Of a stretch of 64,000 nt of DNA, positions 1 to 12,289 are shown piece by piece. The notes beneath the pieces were generated by a model. The model was not told the origin of the DNA. It did not search any database and saw only the letters and a program-made list of their open reading frames with translations. The translations under genes were made by a program, and so were the position numbers. The DNA is from Vicugna vicugna (Eukaryota): contig MU061579.1 of the NCBI GenBank assembly GCA_013265495.1, forward strand, positions 1,919,319-1,983,318, read 5' to 3'. Numbering within the stretch: position 1 is the stretch's first letter; every line of letters starts with the position of its first letter.

Positions 1-789
1 CTGTGTCCTCATGCGTGATGTGCTCTTTGGAATTACGAGCTAGTATTTGAGTAAGCGTAATATGTAAGAATTCTGAGAGACTTATTCAAGTTGTTTCTTT
101 CCAAAAAGGATTGGCACTGATGCTGTGTATTGTCCCAAAGTGCTTGTGATCATATTAAGTAGAACTTCTTGGCCAGAAGTTTTGCAGACTCCAAAAGAAA
201 TATTCAAACTCCTGATATAAATGAGAGCAGAACTCTGGTTATTGATTCTCAGTACAGAGTTTATTTTTCCAACAAGATCAGAGAGTAACAGGGCAAATAC
301 CTTGTTGTCTCTCTTTTCTGGAGAGCAGGATTTTTGTTTGTTTTGTCTTCACTGGTGTAGTCACTTGAAAGTCTGGCCTTTATTACAGGATCTCAGTTCC
401 AACTCTCCACTTTGCATATATCCAAAGCCTTATCTTCTATAACCAGCCTTGCTATTAAAGTCCAAAGTTTTAAGTTCAAAGAAAAGAAATCTTCTCACAA
501 ACTTCATCATTAATTCAGGTTCACCTTGAAGGTTTTAAGCTTCTCAAGTCCCTCCGAAATGTGGCTCCTGGCAGTTGTCTTACTTCCTTCTGGACTTAGT
601 TACGTCTTATTGTACTTATATAGTAGTATTAAGATTTATTTTAGTGTATGTGTTGTGTGTGCATGTGTGTTTAATAGTCATTTAACTTCAACAAAAATAG
701 CTCAAATCAACAATAATCTCCATGTCTTTATAACTAGGGCATAGTAGATTAATTCTTCTACAATCCAACTTCCCTTTCAACAGCGCTGA

Positions 790-1050
790 ATACTCTGTGG
801 ACTTATAATCCTTATATGGCCTGCCTTCCAATATTCTGCCACACTCCTGTTTTCTCCTATCTTGCTGGGTTTTCCTTCTGACTCCTTCATATCACATGTT
901 CCTTTAATAGACATTAAACAATAAAATTATCTAAGCTTTACCCCAGGTCCTCTCTTCTTCAACTATACTCTCTTTATGACAGTTTCTGCCACTTTTGCTA
1001 TGAATAATTACAAACAGAGATTGCTTTAAAGTATAAATCTGATTAGCTCA
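790..1050 (+). mobile_element. L2 LINE fragment, highly diverged
   Basis: Pyrimidine-rich tract 'ccaggtcctctcttcttcaactatactctc' resembles internal L2 sequence. Confidence 0.45.
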
Positions 1051-1389
1051 CCCCCACTGCTTATACTTATTCAGTGATTTTTTGTAACACTATAAGAAGA
1101 AAGATAATTTTCATTAGCATGATCTACAAAGGTATCCAGAAAGAGCTCTCCCCACCTCCCTGCCTCTTCAGTGCCAAGCTTTCTCTTCTCCTTCCTGTCA
1201 CCACGAGCCTTCTTTACTTTGTATTTACTATGTTTACTTCTAACACAGGGCTTTCACGTAACATTTCCCTTTTGTACCATCTCTTTTCATCTAAATAATG
1301 CCTATCCATTTTTCAGAAAATACAAGCCAGTTATCTCAGAGCTGTTCTTACTAATTGCCTTGAATATCTCAAATTTATCTTTTATTTTC

Positions 1390-1560
1390 TCTCACTCATT
1401 CATTTAATACATATTATTAAGAAACTACTATGTGCCAGAAACTGGCCTATATGTACGAATATATTTAGCAGCAAATAAAATAGACTAACTCTCATTCCAT
1501 ATAGTTGGGAGAGGCAACAGGGGAAAATGATAAGCAAATAGGCAAATACAGAGTATTCAG
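1390..1560 (-). mobile_element. L2 3' end
   Basis: 'cattcatttaatacatattattaagaaactactatgtgccag' resembles the reverse complement of the L2 3' terminus. Confidence 0.7.
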
Positions 1561-2194
1561 AAAATGTCTGTTAACTGAGAAATGGGGAGTCCTGCTTAGT
1601 ATTTGCCACAGTTACTAGTTCACATTTATGTCTGTGTTTATTTAAATCAATGACACATGGTCTACACAAATTTTTGCTCATTACTAGACCCTCAGTATTT
1701 CCCATGATGCCTATCACACCATAAATTTTCATTAAAATTTTATATCTATATCATACTTAAGTGCAAGGAGATATTTTGTGTTGCATTTGCAGACATCTTG
1801 GTACAAGAGCATTCTTTTCATTACACAGCAATTAATTGTTAATTAGTTTAAGTGTAATCCTATGTGTCCTGCACTATACACGATAATGAAGTTTGTATTC
1901 TACTGAGTTAGGAAATGAAACAATAAACAGATTAACAAAAAATAAATATGAATTCTCAAATCCATCACAGTAATTTTATATCTTTTAAAAAAGGGGCATC
2001 AGTCATCAGTTGGAGAACATGAGTATTGTGATTTTAAACTCTGAAAATCATATCACCACAGCTTTGCATTAAAAACTGATTCGTCCAGAGCCAAAGCTAG
2101 CATGTGTCCTCGCAACCATTCAAACTAGGTCTTTTTGCACCATAGTTTGTTATGTCTTTCGTGCATAATGTATCCAAGGATAATCATGTTTAAC

Positions 2195-2285
2195 CAAAAA
2201 GGATTATTCTAGGGTTAAAATTCGCATTGCATAAGCAAAGTACCTAGCACAGTACTTAGCATGATGCAAATATGTGTTCAAACAG
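2195..2285 (+). mobile_element. MIR 3' part
   Basis: 'ggattattctagggttaaa...aaagtacctagcacagtacttagca' resembles the MIR tail. Confidence 0.55.
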
Positions 2286-3619
2286 CATTGGGCCCCTTAG
2301 CACAAGTACGAGAGTATCCAAACAGATCCCACTTCCTCTGCCTTTTTTTTTATTATTAGGTGGGGATGAGGGATGGAGGTTTGATTCAGAATGTATTCCA
2401 ATGTTTTTCCAATTGGCCATAGGAAAAGGGACAAAAATGATAAAACGTATCTTAGGAGCTCGTTACAAAAGTATAATTGAGTAATTTCTAATCTTTTCCC
2501 AGCATCTGTTTCTCAGGAGTGTTACTGTCCTCATACTGACTTCCCTTGCCCAGGGTCTTCCAGTGCATATTCTACATGAGGTATCCACTGAAGTTGGAAT
2601 GAATGGATATTTGTTCTACTCCCCAAATGAGACCAACAGAAATAAACAAATAAGCAAACAAAGAAAAAAAAACAAAGAAGGAAATATACATATGGGTAAT
2701 AAAAAGCAAAGTAACAAAATACAATATACTCTGAAATACAAGCACCAGAAACCATACAATTTAGAATTAAATCAAGTGGTACCTCATGACTCTATATGCC
2801 TCTCCCCTGTCAGGAGAACAGCACACATGGGAGTAGAGAGTCCAACAACTCTTACTTAAAGAGAAAAGGAGGGGAACAACAACAACAACAACAAAACAGA
2901 GGAGCAAGAGAAGGGCACAAAAAATCGCAGAGCGAAAGCAAAGCAAAAGGAAGGAGGAGGGGAAGTAAATGGATTTCATTTTTTCTCAATCACTTCCTAA
3001 CTGTGAGGAAAGAATGAAGGGAATTGAGTTCAAGCAGAGGCAGGAATTACTCATCCGGGAACATGACTTAGAGCAGCTGAGCAAATACAAGGCAGGAGAA
3101 ATAAAGGACAATCCATCAATAAAAGAGCCCTTTGATGCAAGAGTCTTTACCATGACCTAGACTCCTGCTGGGTGACATATACTCAGACTAAAGCAAGGAA
3201 AATAGACATCCACAAGCCCCTTTAACCTCTCCCCCTCTTGGGAAAAGGCTGGGATTCACCAGAGTGCAGGGGAAGTGCTGTCTGATGTACCCCTCTGGAT
3301 CCTCTGAAATACAGGATTAATTGTAAGCTCATAAATGAGAAGCGTGCAGTTCCCAGCCCACATGCTAAAGCGATGCTTTAAACAGCACCCAGATAAGCAG
3401 TTGGAGTGAAGAAAGAAAACAAAAAAGTGGAGGAAAATGGCCTAAATCATTCTACCCTTTTATAGATGAGAATCAAAAAGAGGCGCAAAAACCAGAGAAA
3501 TGAAAAGCACCTAACTTGGGGACCATTTTCACAGCAGACTACTTGAATACTGAAGTTGAAGAACTAAGAAATGAGATTAGTCATATGATTGAGTGTTATG
3601 GAGATAATTATAACCAAAT

Positions 3620-4080
3620 ACTGCCTTTAAGGCATGTAGATTATCATAACAGATGCTCACATCTACTATCTCACAGATCCCCAGGGTCAGGGGTCTGGCT
3701 ACAGCACACTGGGGTGCCCTCTGCACAGGGTCTCAAGGTTGGTGGAAGAGGTACGATCTCATCTGTGGCTCTGGGTGCCAAGCTACTAGTGGAGCTTTTT
3801 CCAGGCTCCCTGGTGGTTGGTTGAATTCAGCTCCTTGCAGTTGTAGGAGTGAGGCCCTCAGCTACTAGAAGCTGCCCACAGTTCCTTGCCATCTGGCCCT
3901 CACAACATAGCAATTTGTTCTTCAAACCAATAGGCTAGTGTCTGCTGCTGTTTCAAGTGTCCTTTAAAGGGCTTGTCTGATTGGATCAGGTCCACCCAGA
4001 ATGATCTCTCTTTTGATTAAGTTAGAATTAATTGATTGTGGTCTTTGATGATGCTTGCAAAACCCCTGGACCTTTACCAT
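3620..4080 (-). mobile_element. MLT1 (ERVL-MaLR) solo LTR, MLT1E/F-like
   Basis: 'gaattcagctccttgcagttgtaggagtgaggccc' and 'gattggatcaggtccacccagaatgatctc' are MLT1 hallmarks in reverse orientation. Confidence 0.75.
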
Positions 4081-4556
4081 TCTGGACCCCAGTACCCAGA
4101 TGCTGTCAGTGCTTGAGATCCTTTGGCCATGTGAGTGCACACAGTTCCTGGCACATGTGCTTTTTTTTTTTTTTTCTTTTTCTCAAAGGCCTGTATTTGT
4201 AGGTCTTCCTCAGTGGGCTCCCCTCAGGCTGATGAGAGAGCCCACTCAACCTGCAGACACAGGGATTCATGGCTCCCGGTCTCAGTTCTTAACTCATGAT
4301 TGACAGCTGTGAAGGACAGGGAGCTTAATACTCGGCTCTCTTGTTCCCACGTGGGACAACTATCGGTGTGAGCTTTGCTGCGGTGCTGTCTCTGTGCGCC
4401 GTGGCCTGGTACTGCAGCCTTGCTTGGTTTTCCTTCCCTTCTCCCTCTCACTCCCCTAGTCTTTTTCCTGGGAAAACATCCTCATAAACTTTTTTTTTTT
4501 ACTTTCACGTGAATCCTCTTCTTAGGGCTGCTTCTGGAAATCTTAGCCCAAATCAC
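4081..4556 (+). mobile_element. LTR16-like ERVL solo LTR
   Basis: 3' end 'ttcctgggaaaacatcctcataaac...cacgtgaatcctcttcttagggctgcttctggaaatcttagcccaaatca' resembles the LTR16 terminus. Confidence 0.7.
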
Positions 4557-4770
4557 CACATTAGAAGATCTTTTAAGTATCCACTCAACTTGAAATTCAG
4601 TCATCTTTATAATCTTATTTGTGCTAAAGTATTAGAGACTGCTAACGGGTTATTACTTCCAGATAAGTTATTTGTGTGTTTATATCGTGGCATTCTGTAA
4701 ACAAAGCCTCAGTATGAAGGAAAAAAACTGTTGGTTATTTCAGGCATCCATAGCAAGCAAGCCAAAATAG

Positions 4771-4772
<2 letters not shown>

Positions 4773-4805
<33 letters not shown>
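4773..4805. repeat. (CA)n microsatellite, about 16 units
   Basis: Perfect AC run seen directly. Confidence 0.97.
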
Positions 4806-4807
<2 letters not shown>

Positions 4808-5149
4808 GATTGATTTCTTAAAAATGTCTCATAGGACAGAGTTACCTTTATTATTCAGTTTTAATTATTTGGTCATAACTCACATTAAGAGCCTTCAGTG
4901 ACTGCTACTGGATCAGAGCATAGCTGTTTCTATTTCATTCATATGAGCATCAGGTGAGTACTGAAGACAGGTTTCAGCATGGGGATGGAGGGATGGAGAG
5001 GATGAAGAAACAACAGAACCCTATTTCAGTTCCTTAGTACAGCACCCATAGCCTAGAGAGGAGTACCAGCAGAGATCCAAGATGTATCCCCAGTCCACCC
5101 AGGCATCTCGACTGTGGCCACCTAAGCCAGCCCAGCAGCACTTCGAAAT

Positions 5150-5527
5150 ACATTCCAAATTGGTCTCGTTTCCTGTCTTGAAACACAGCAAGCTATTTTC
5201 TACATATTAACTAAGGGAAGCTGCTTTAATCATAAATTACATTATACACTTCACCATTTAGAATCTCGCAGTGGCTTCTCACTGCAGGAAGAAAAAAAAT
5301 CAGTTTTTTTAAACAATGGCCTGCAGGGTTTCAAACCGAGCCCTGCTGACCTCCAGTGCTAACCAGTTAAAGGCAATACACTCCAGCCACACAGATGTCA
5401 TTTCAGGTCCCTCATTCCTAACTCAGGGCGATTTCAAGATTTTGACAGTCTTGTTCATTGCTTTTTCCTCTATCTCTTAATAGTGACAAGGAATCTGTAA
5501 AGACTAAAATATAAATGAACGAATGAA
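5150..5527 (+). mobile_element. L2 3' fragment
   Basis: 'cagtggcttctcactgc', 'actccagccacac' and a terminal 'aaatgaacgaatgaa' tail. Confidence 0.65.
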
Positions 5528-5689
5528 GGCACAAATTAAAGAATCAATAGAAAGAATTTTTCGTTTCCTCTCTTCTATTGGTGGGAGTTGCACAATTTAC
5601 ATCCAAGTCCCAGTTAGAAACTTCTTGATATTTTGACCTGCCAGCAGCTGGTGTCATGATTTAACCAGGTTAAAACCAGTCAGATACAA

Positions 5690-6245
5690 TATTCTTCCAG
5701 CAAATTGGCAAAGATGAAATGAAATTACATTATGAATATACAGGAATTTTTGAGAATGTAAGTGTACTTTGAGTACAGCAAGTGAGTAACAATTTGATTG
5801 GGCATATTACAAATAAGTTTTTAAGTAAAATGCCCTACCTTGGCATAGCAATTCTCTGTTAAGATATTTAGCCTAAGAAAATGGTGTATGTGTCAATACA
5901 CATTTCAGCATTAAACCACTGGGCTAATCAGTACAGAGATACACAAAGGAACCATATTTGACTGGTAAAAATGCTAAAGGCAAATATTTATTAGAATGAA
6001 AAATATTCCTAATAATATTGTTATGTCAAAAAAAGCAGTTACAATAAATATTCAATACTTCTCAATTTTTATAAAATAATATGTGTGAGCAGGTATGTAC
6101 CCAATAAATAATCTGAGAAGATGTATAAGATACATCAATGGTAGCTAACTCCAGAAGATGAAATTTTAAGTTTATTTAATTTTCTTCATTTTGTTGATTT
6201 ATATCTATACTGCATTTGTTTTCTTTAAAAATACATATTTTACAT
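5690..6245 (+). mobile_element. Old L1 (L1ME-like) ORF2 end and 3' UTR fragment
   Basis: 'agcaattctctgttaagatatttagcctaag' and 'aaaaaagcagttacaataaatat' resemble L1ME 3' sequence. Confidence 0.6.
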
Positions 6246-6289
6246 TTTTTTAAAAACGTAGTCACAGATATCCTAATACTGAATCCTCT

Positions 6290-6755
6290 GCATGCAGACA
6301 GAATAATGCACCACCCAAATATGTTCATATCCTAATTGCCAGAACTTGCGAAGATGTCATATTACATGGCCAAAAGGACATTGCAGATGTGATTAAGTTA
6401 AAAATCTGGACATGAGAAGATTATTCTGCCCATTAAATTGTTGAGCTGAATGTAATTGTCATTAACAAAGGTTCTTACAAGAGGGATGAAGTAGGGTCAG
6501 ATTAATAAAGAAGGAAATATGAGGAAAAAGCAGAGGTTGGGACACAAACTAAGGATATATTTGTGAGCAGTTCCTAGAAGTTGGAGAAGGCAAGAAAAAC
6601 GATTCCTCCCTAATGCTTCCAGAAGGAACACAGAGCCCTGCCAACCCATTCTAGACTTCTGACATCCAGAAATGTAGAATAATGTGTGAGGTTTTTTTTT
6701 TAAGTCACTGGGTTTGGGATAATTTATTAGTACACCAATAGGAAACAAATGCACC
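6290..6755 (+). mobile_element. MLT1D-like MaLR solo LTR
   Basis: 'cagacagaataatg...ttacatggccaaaaggacattgcagatgtgattaagttaa...ttaagtcactgggtttgggataatttattagtacaccaataggaaacaaatgca'. Confidence 0.88.
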
Positions 6756-8280
6756 CAGCCATACAAACGTTAAGACAAATTAAAAGAATATTTAGCACAA
6801 TAAAAATATTCATAGAGATCCATACGGACAAGGGTACTAAAATCACGTCTTGTTGATATTCAAATACAAATTTTTGAGCCTATTTCTTCAGGTATCCAAT
6901 ACTCACACCAAGATTTATACAGAGATATCCCAGAAATAGTACTGAAGCACCCATGTCAATAACAAAAACATTTGCACTACTCAGACACAGATATGAGCAC
7001 TCTAGAGCATCCTCTACCACATCAGCAGTGCTGTTCCCTTCCAAGCTTTTCCTTCAAGTTTGCTTTACTAGCTTATTTTAATCATTATTTTTAGCTTGAA
7101 TAAAAATGATAAGGGGGACAAATGAGTAATTTACTCCTGGACCTGCCAAGTAGAAAATGTGGTCATTACCTGCTTTTTTTCAAAACACAAAGGCATGAGT
7201 TTGTGATTTGGTAACACTTGTCTCCCCCAAGATATGTAAATCTAATAGCAAGTAAGTGGAAATATTTTTAGCCTACTTCAGAAACGTGGTTGTTTAGAAG
7301 TATTCTTCTCCAAACCCTATGATCACGGAAAGCTTAGGGATTTTTTTTTTTCTTTCCACTGCTGGCATGCAGAAACAGCATGCCAACTTTGAAGCAGGAG
7401 GAAGTGTATATTTTTCATGTTTTTCTTCTTTCAAAAATTACTCAACTGATTACCCTAATGGCATTAAAAAAATTCTACTTTTGGGCTGAAGTCAAACATT
7501 TTAAACTTAACAGTATTAATGTTTGAGTAACTAAAAAGGTTTTGGATAAAGTGCTATTTACTAATCAGCTAATTTTGGATGGTTGTTACTGCTTTCCTTC
7601 ATTTTATAATCTGTGCTGTCATTCTGGATTCAAAGCTGTGGCAGTTGATGGGGATGTGGTCCAAACTGCAGAGCAGTGCAAAGAACCCTGAACAACTGAA
7701 AGGTAGCCTTGGACTAAATTATGAAATTGACAAATGTGTGTTGTTTCCTCCTTATGACCCCCTTGATCTGGTTACTTTGAAGCAACCCAGCACCCACGCT
7801 CACATCTCTGCCCTGTGGCTCTCCCACGACCCACACCTTTGTGATCCAAGTGGCTTTCGTGCTTTTATCCACAGAGGAGAATGTGCCTTCTTCCTTTCTC
7901 ACTTAGGACTTTGTCAAGTAATTTGTCTAAAAAGACTGCTGAAACTTCCAATTAAGGTGGTTTTGTGAGCACATACTTTGTCATTCCCCTTTCACAACAA
8001 ACACTGTTACATGAAATCAGAAGAATCAGCACTGTATAAATTCAAAACAGTGTCTCAGTGCATATGAAGGGGAACAGACGCACAGAGCAGCAAGCGAAGG
8101 TTGTAGGACCACAGGACCCGGGTCCAGGATCAGGCAGACACAGAGTTTATTTCCTTCAAGTTTCCCCATTTGAGGTAAACATTTCAACCGTGTGCGTTGC
8201 AGGAAAATAGGTAACACAGATTAGGTCTCTACAAACGGGAAGTCCATCTACACATTTTTATCTTTCTGCTAGGTTAGTAT

Positions 8281-8570
8281 TTTTTGTTTTGTTTTTTATT
8301 GAAGTATAGTTGATCTACAATGTTGTGTTAATTTCTCATGTACAGTATAGTGATTCATTTATACATATATATACACATTCCTTTTCATATTCTTTTTCAT
8401 TATATGCTATTACAAAGTATTGAATATAGTTCTCTGTGCTATACATTAAGACCTTGCTGTTTTTCTGTTTTATAGATAGTAGTTAGTATTTGCAAATCCC
8501 AAACTCCCAATATATTCCTCTCCACTCCCTTTCCCCCCTGCTAACCATAAGTTTGTTTTCTATGTATGTG
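8281..8570 (-). mobile_element. Young artiodactyl/camelid L1 3' UTR, 5'-truncated
   Basis: 'tttttattgaagtatagttgatctacaatgttgtg...aaccataagtttgttttctatgt' preceded by a T-rich tail. Confidence 0.88.
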
Positions 8571-10540
8571 GCTTGGCTTGTTTGTGCTGTCTAAGAAACC
8601 TTACTTTATCCCATGATTACAAAGATTTTCTCTATGTTTATCCATAAATATTACAGTTTTAGCTTTTACACGTAGGTCTATGATTCTTTGGAAATTAATT
8701 TTCATGTTTTATGAGCTTTGGCATGAAGTTAATGTTCTTTTGTGTGCTAATCCAGTTTTGGTAGTACAATTTCTTGAAAAGTTTATACTTTTATCTTTAA
8801 TTAGTACAGTGACTGTCAAAAATCAACTAAATTGCATACATGTGGCTCTATTTCTGGGCTCTCTATTCAGATTTAATGACATTTGTCGTTACACAAATTC
8901 CACACTGTATTGCTTAATGTAGCCTGGTAAGTCTTAAAGTCAGGTAGGATAAATCCTCAAATTTTATTATTTTTATCAGAAGTGTTTAGGTATTCTAGAT
9001 CTTTACATTCCCATATATTTCAGAATTAATTTATTCATTTTTATTAAAAATGTTTCCAGGATTTCGACTGGATTTTTAAAATCTATAGATCAATTTGAGG
9101 AGAAATGATAACAATATTGAGACTTCTATAATCTATAAGATATATGTATGTATCTCCAGTTATTTAGAACTTTGATTTCAACAAAGCTTGTATTTTTGTA
9201 GTGTGGAAGTTTTGGATGCTATTGTAAATTTTACTGTTTATTTATGTTTCTTTTTTCCAACTGTTGCTATAATAAAAATAAAACTGAATTTTGTATATTG
9301 ATTTTGTATCCTATAGTCTTGCTAAGTTCACTGATTAGTTCTAGAAATTTAGTACCAGTATTGTAGTGGATTACTTAGAATATTCTATGCAGACTCTCAT
9401 ACTGTCCATGAATAAAGACAATCGTCAACATTTTTTTTTCCTTTCCTTATTGTACCAGCTGGGTCTTCCAATCTCATGTTGAACCAAAATGGTAAGAATT
9501 AACATCTCTGCCCATTTTTTTTTTAGAGGAAACATATTCAGTACATCACTATTTAGGATGAGGTTACCATAGACGTTTATAGATGCTATATACGTGGACT
9601 TGGTCTCTGTAACAAAGTACCACAGACTGGGTGGCTTAAATAGAAGATCTTTTTTTACTCACAGTTGTGGACGCTGGAAGTCCAAGATCAAGGTGCCAGC
9701 AAGGTTGGTTCCTGGTGAAGCCCTTTCCTGGCTTGCAGCTGGCACTTTCTCACTGTGTCCTCACACAGCCGTTCCTCTGTGCAGAGAGGGGGAGAGAGAG
9801 AGAGAGAGAGGTCTCTTCCTGGTCTTATAAGGCCAAAAATCCTAACTGATTAAGGCCCCACCCTATGACCTCATCTAGCCTTAATTACCTCCTAATGGCA
9901 CTTTCTCCAAATACAGTCACATTTGGAGTGAGGACTTCAAAATATGAATTTGGGAGAAAACACAATTCAGTCCATAACAAATGTCCTTTAATACATTGTA
10001 AAGATCTCATCAGTTTCTGGGTAGCTGAGGTATTTGATCATGAAAGAATGTAGAATTATGTCAAATAACTTGTTTGTATCTATTCAGATGTAAATTATAT
10101 TGAGATGGTAAATTACATTGTTTGATTTATGAATATTAAAAGAATTTTACATTTCTGTGATAAACCCACCTGTTCATCATGTATTTATTCTTTCATATAG
10201 GTTATTGAGCATTTTTGTATCTATGTGGTTGAGCAACAGTGATTTGTAATTTTCTTGTAATGTCAAGAAATATCTGGTTTTGTAATATCAGGTATGGCTA
10301 TCATCATGTGGGTTTATAAAGTAAATTAGAAAAGATTTCGTCCTTCTGAATTTTCTGAAAGACTTTTTATAAGATTGGTATTACTTGTTCCTGAAACTTT
10401 TGATAGAATTTATCTGTGAAACCATCATGGCCTGGAGTTTTCTTTATAAGAAAGTTTTCTTAGCAATTTCAATTAGATATAGGGCTTTAGATACAGATAT
10501 TAGATATATTCATATTTTCAATTTCTTTTTTAGTCAGCTT
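8571..10540 (-). mobile_element. Old L1 ORF2 fragment interrupted by an MLT1 LTR
   Basis: Antisense ORF2 motifs 'tctatagatcaatttgaggaga', 'ttttgtatattgattttgtatcct', 'gtgaaaccatcatggcctgga' (PGxDGFT region). Confidence 0.85.
9587..9979 (-). mobile_element. MLT1A/B-like MaLR solo LTR nested in L1
   Basis: 'gtaacaaagtaccacagactgggtggcttaa...ggaagtccaagatcaaggtgccagca...cacaattcagtccataaca'; internal (GA)n. Confidence 0.9.
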
Positions 10541-10544
10541 TAAT

Positions 10545-10950
10545 ATAGGTAGACAATGCTAATAAGAAAAACTTAGCAAAGGTACACTCACAGAAACATT
10601 AAAAATACATAATTTAAAACAGTATTGCAGGCAAAAGGTTAAGAAGAAGCTAGTGTAACTATATTTGTATCAGTAAGTTAGAATTAAAGAAAATATTAGT
10701 ACAAAGATATAAAATTCATTAGAAAATATAACAATTTTATATTTTTGAGCCTATTATAAGACATTAAAGTATATAAGGTAAATACTAACAGAACTGCAAG
10801 GAGAAACTGACACATTTATCATTGTAGTAGATTTCGGCACACCTCTCTCAGAAGTTGATTTATCAATTCAACAAACAAGTAGAAAGATTTTGAATAGCAA
10901 ACAAGCTTAACCTAATAAATGTATAGGGAATTTGTTTTCAAAAATATAAT
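10545..10950 (+). mobile_element. Old L1 ORF2 endonuclease-domain fragment
   Basis: 'aatactaacagaactgcaaggagaaactgac...gatttcggcacacctctctcag' corresponds to the LTELQGE...DFNTPLS region. Confidence 0.75.
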
Positions 10951-12064
10951 AATAGAAAATGAGCTTCATGATACTTTTATATATACTTCAAAGCCTTGCT
11001 TTCAAATTTAGATCCTAAAATAATAAAATACAGTTCTACTGTACCTTCACCACAATATGCAACTTTTCAGCAGTCACTATTTTGTTTTCTACTCCTTAGG
11101 AAGCAATAAAAATGCCATTGCTAAGAACTGTCTGTAAATTTAACAGCATATTTATAAATATAAATGGAACATTAATGTAGAGAAAGAATACTCATATTTT
11201 AAAATTTCATAGTTCATCTAGATTTTGATAAAGTTTTTATCAAAATATATTTTCTGAAAAAAATCAAATAAAACTTTAATGCAGCTAATAAGCAGCACGT
11301 AAAAATAACACTGGAACAGAACACATGCCATGGCACTAGAGTTACTCAAATTTAGCTAAGAAAAGAACGATTTTTATTCTATTATAATACTGAGTGTATT
11401 TGGAGAGAAAACAACTTATAAAATACTATAATGCAGTGCATTCCAGCAAGAGAGAGCATATTCCTTTGTTTTTAAACAATTTGCAAAAATGTTAGATGTA
11501 CTGCTTTATACCAGTGAAATATCTTGCTACTATATCAATACAAAATGCTTCTAGTAATGTCCTAAATGATGCACAAGACAGCATATTTATTGGTTGTAAA
11601 AGTATGTTCATAGGCTTAACTTTACAACTTTAATGGAGCAATAATTTACAGGCTGCTACAACCTGAAAAATAACTCGTGGTTTAAACCAGATTAAAGCCA
11701 CAATTGATACTGAGGACTGCTGGCAAATTTCCCAATCCATTACTGTTTGCAGATATTGAATGGTTGTTGCCAATATTTGTCATAAAGGAGATGCAAAAAT
11801 ATTTGGAGCACTGTTCTCTTCATTTTTTGATGTCTGCTTATTGAACAAATGCTGGGAATGTGGGATTGATGTTCTTAACTGAGAAAAGTACATTATCTTA
11901 GCATTTGAGAATCAAGTAGGATTTCATTTAATGAAAATAGTATAGCAAGAACCTCATGATTTCTAACTGTTACTCATTAACACTAGTTCCTATCCATATG
12001 GATAGCATAGGACTCTGTAGAGTTTATGTCTGCATATTTGCTGCTTCTCTTACCCATCAGTTTC

Positions 12065-12195
12065 TTTTTCTTTCTAATTTTTAAAAATTTTTATTGGGGG
12101 GAGGTAATTAGGTTTATTTCTTTTACTTTTTAATGGAGGTACTGGGAATTGCACCCAGGGCCTTGTGCATGCTACCACTGAGTATACCCTCTCCT
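12065..12195 (-). mobile_element. Camelid tRNA-derived SINE (vic-1-like) with 12-bp TSD
   Basis: Reverse complement reads ggagagggtatactcagtggtagcatgcacaaggccctgggtgcaattcccagtacctcc...aaacctaattacctccccc; TSD cccatcagtttc at 12053-12064 and 12196-12207. Confidence 0.88.
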
Positions 12196-12289
12196 CCCAT
12201 CAGTTTCCTTCAAATCTCCAAGCTTTGAGTGAGAAAATGATTTAACTCTGAAACAAGAAGCCAGAGCCGTTCTGCTATGCTGCCCCCAC

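Noticed and set aside
7579..7968. 129-aa ORF with a hydrophobic N-terminus in apparently unique DNA
   Set aside because: No recognisable homology or exon structure; one ORF of this size is not surprising across six frames of 64 kb. PhyloCSF would settle it.
11291..11303. AGCAGCACGTAAA, matching miR-16 nucleotides 2-14
   Set aside because: The 3' part diverges and there is no complementary star arm downstream to form a pre-miRNA hairpin.
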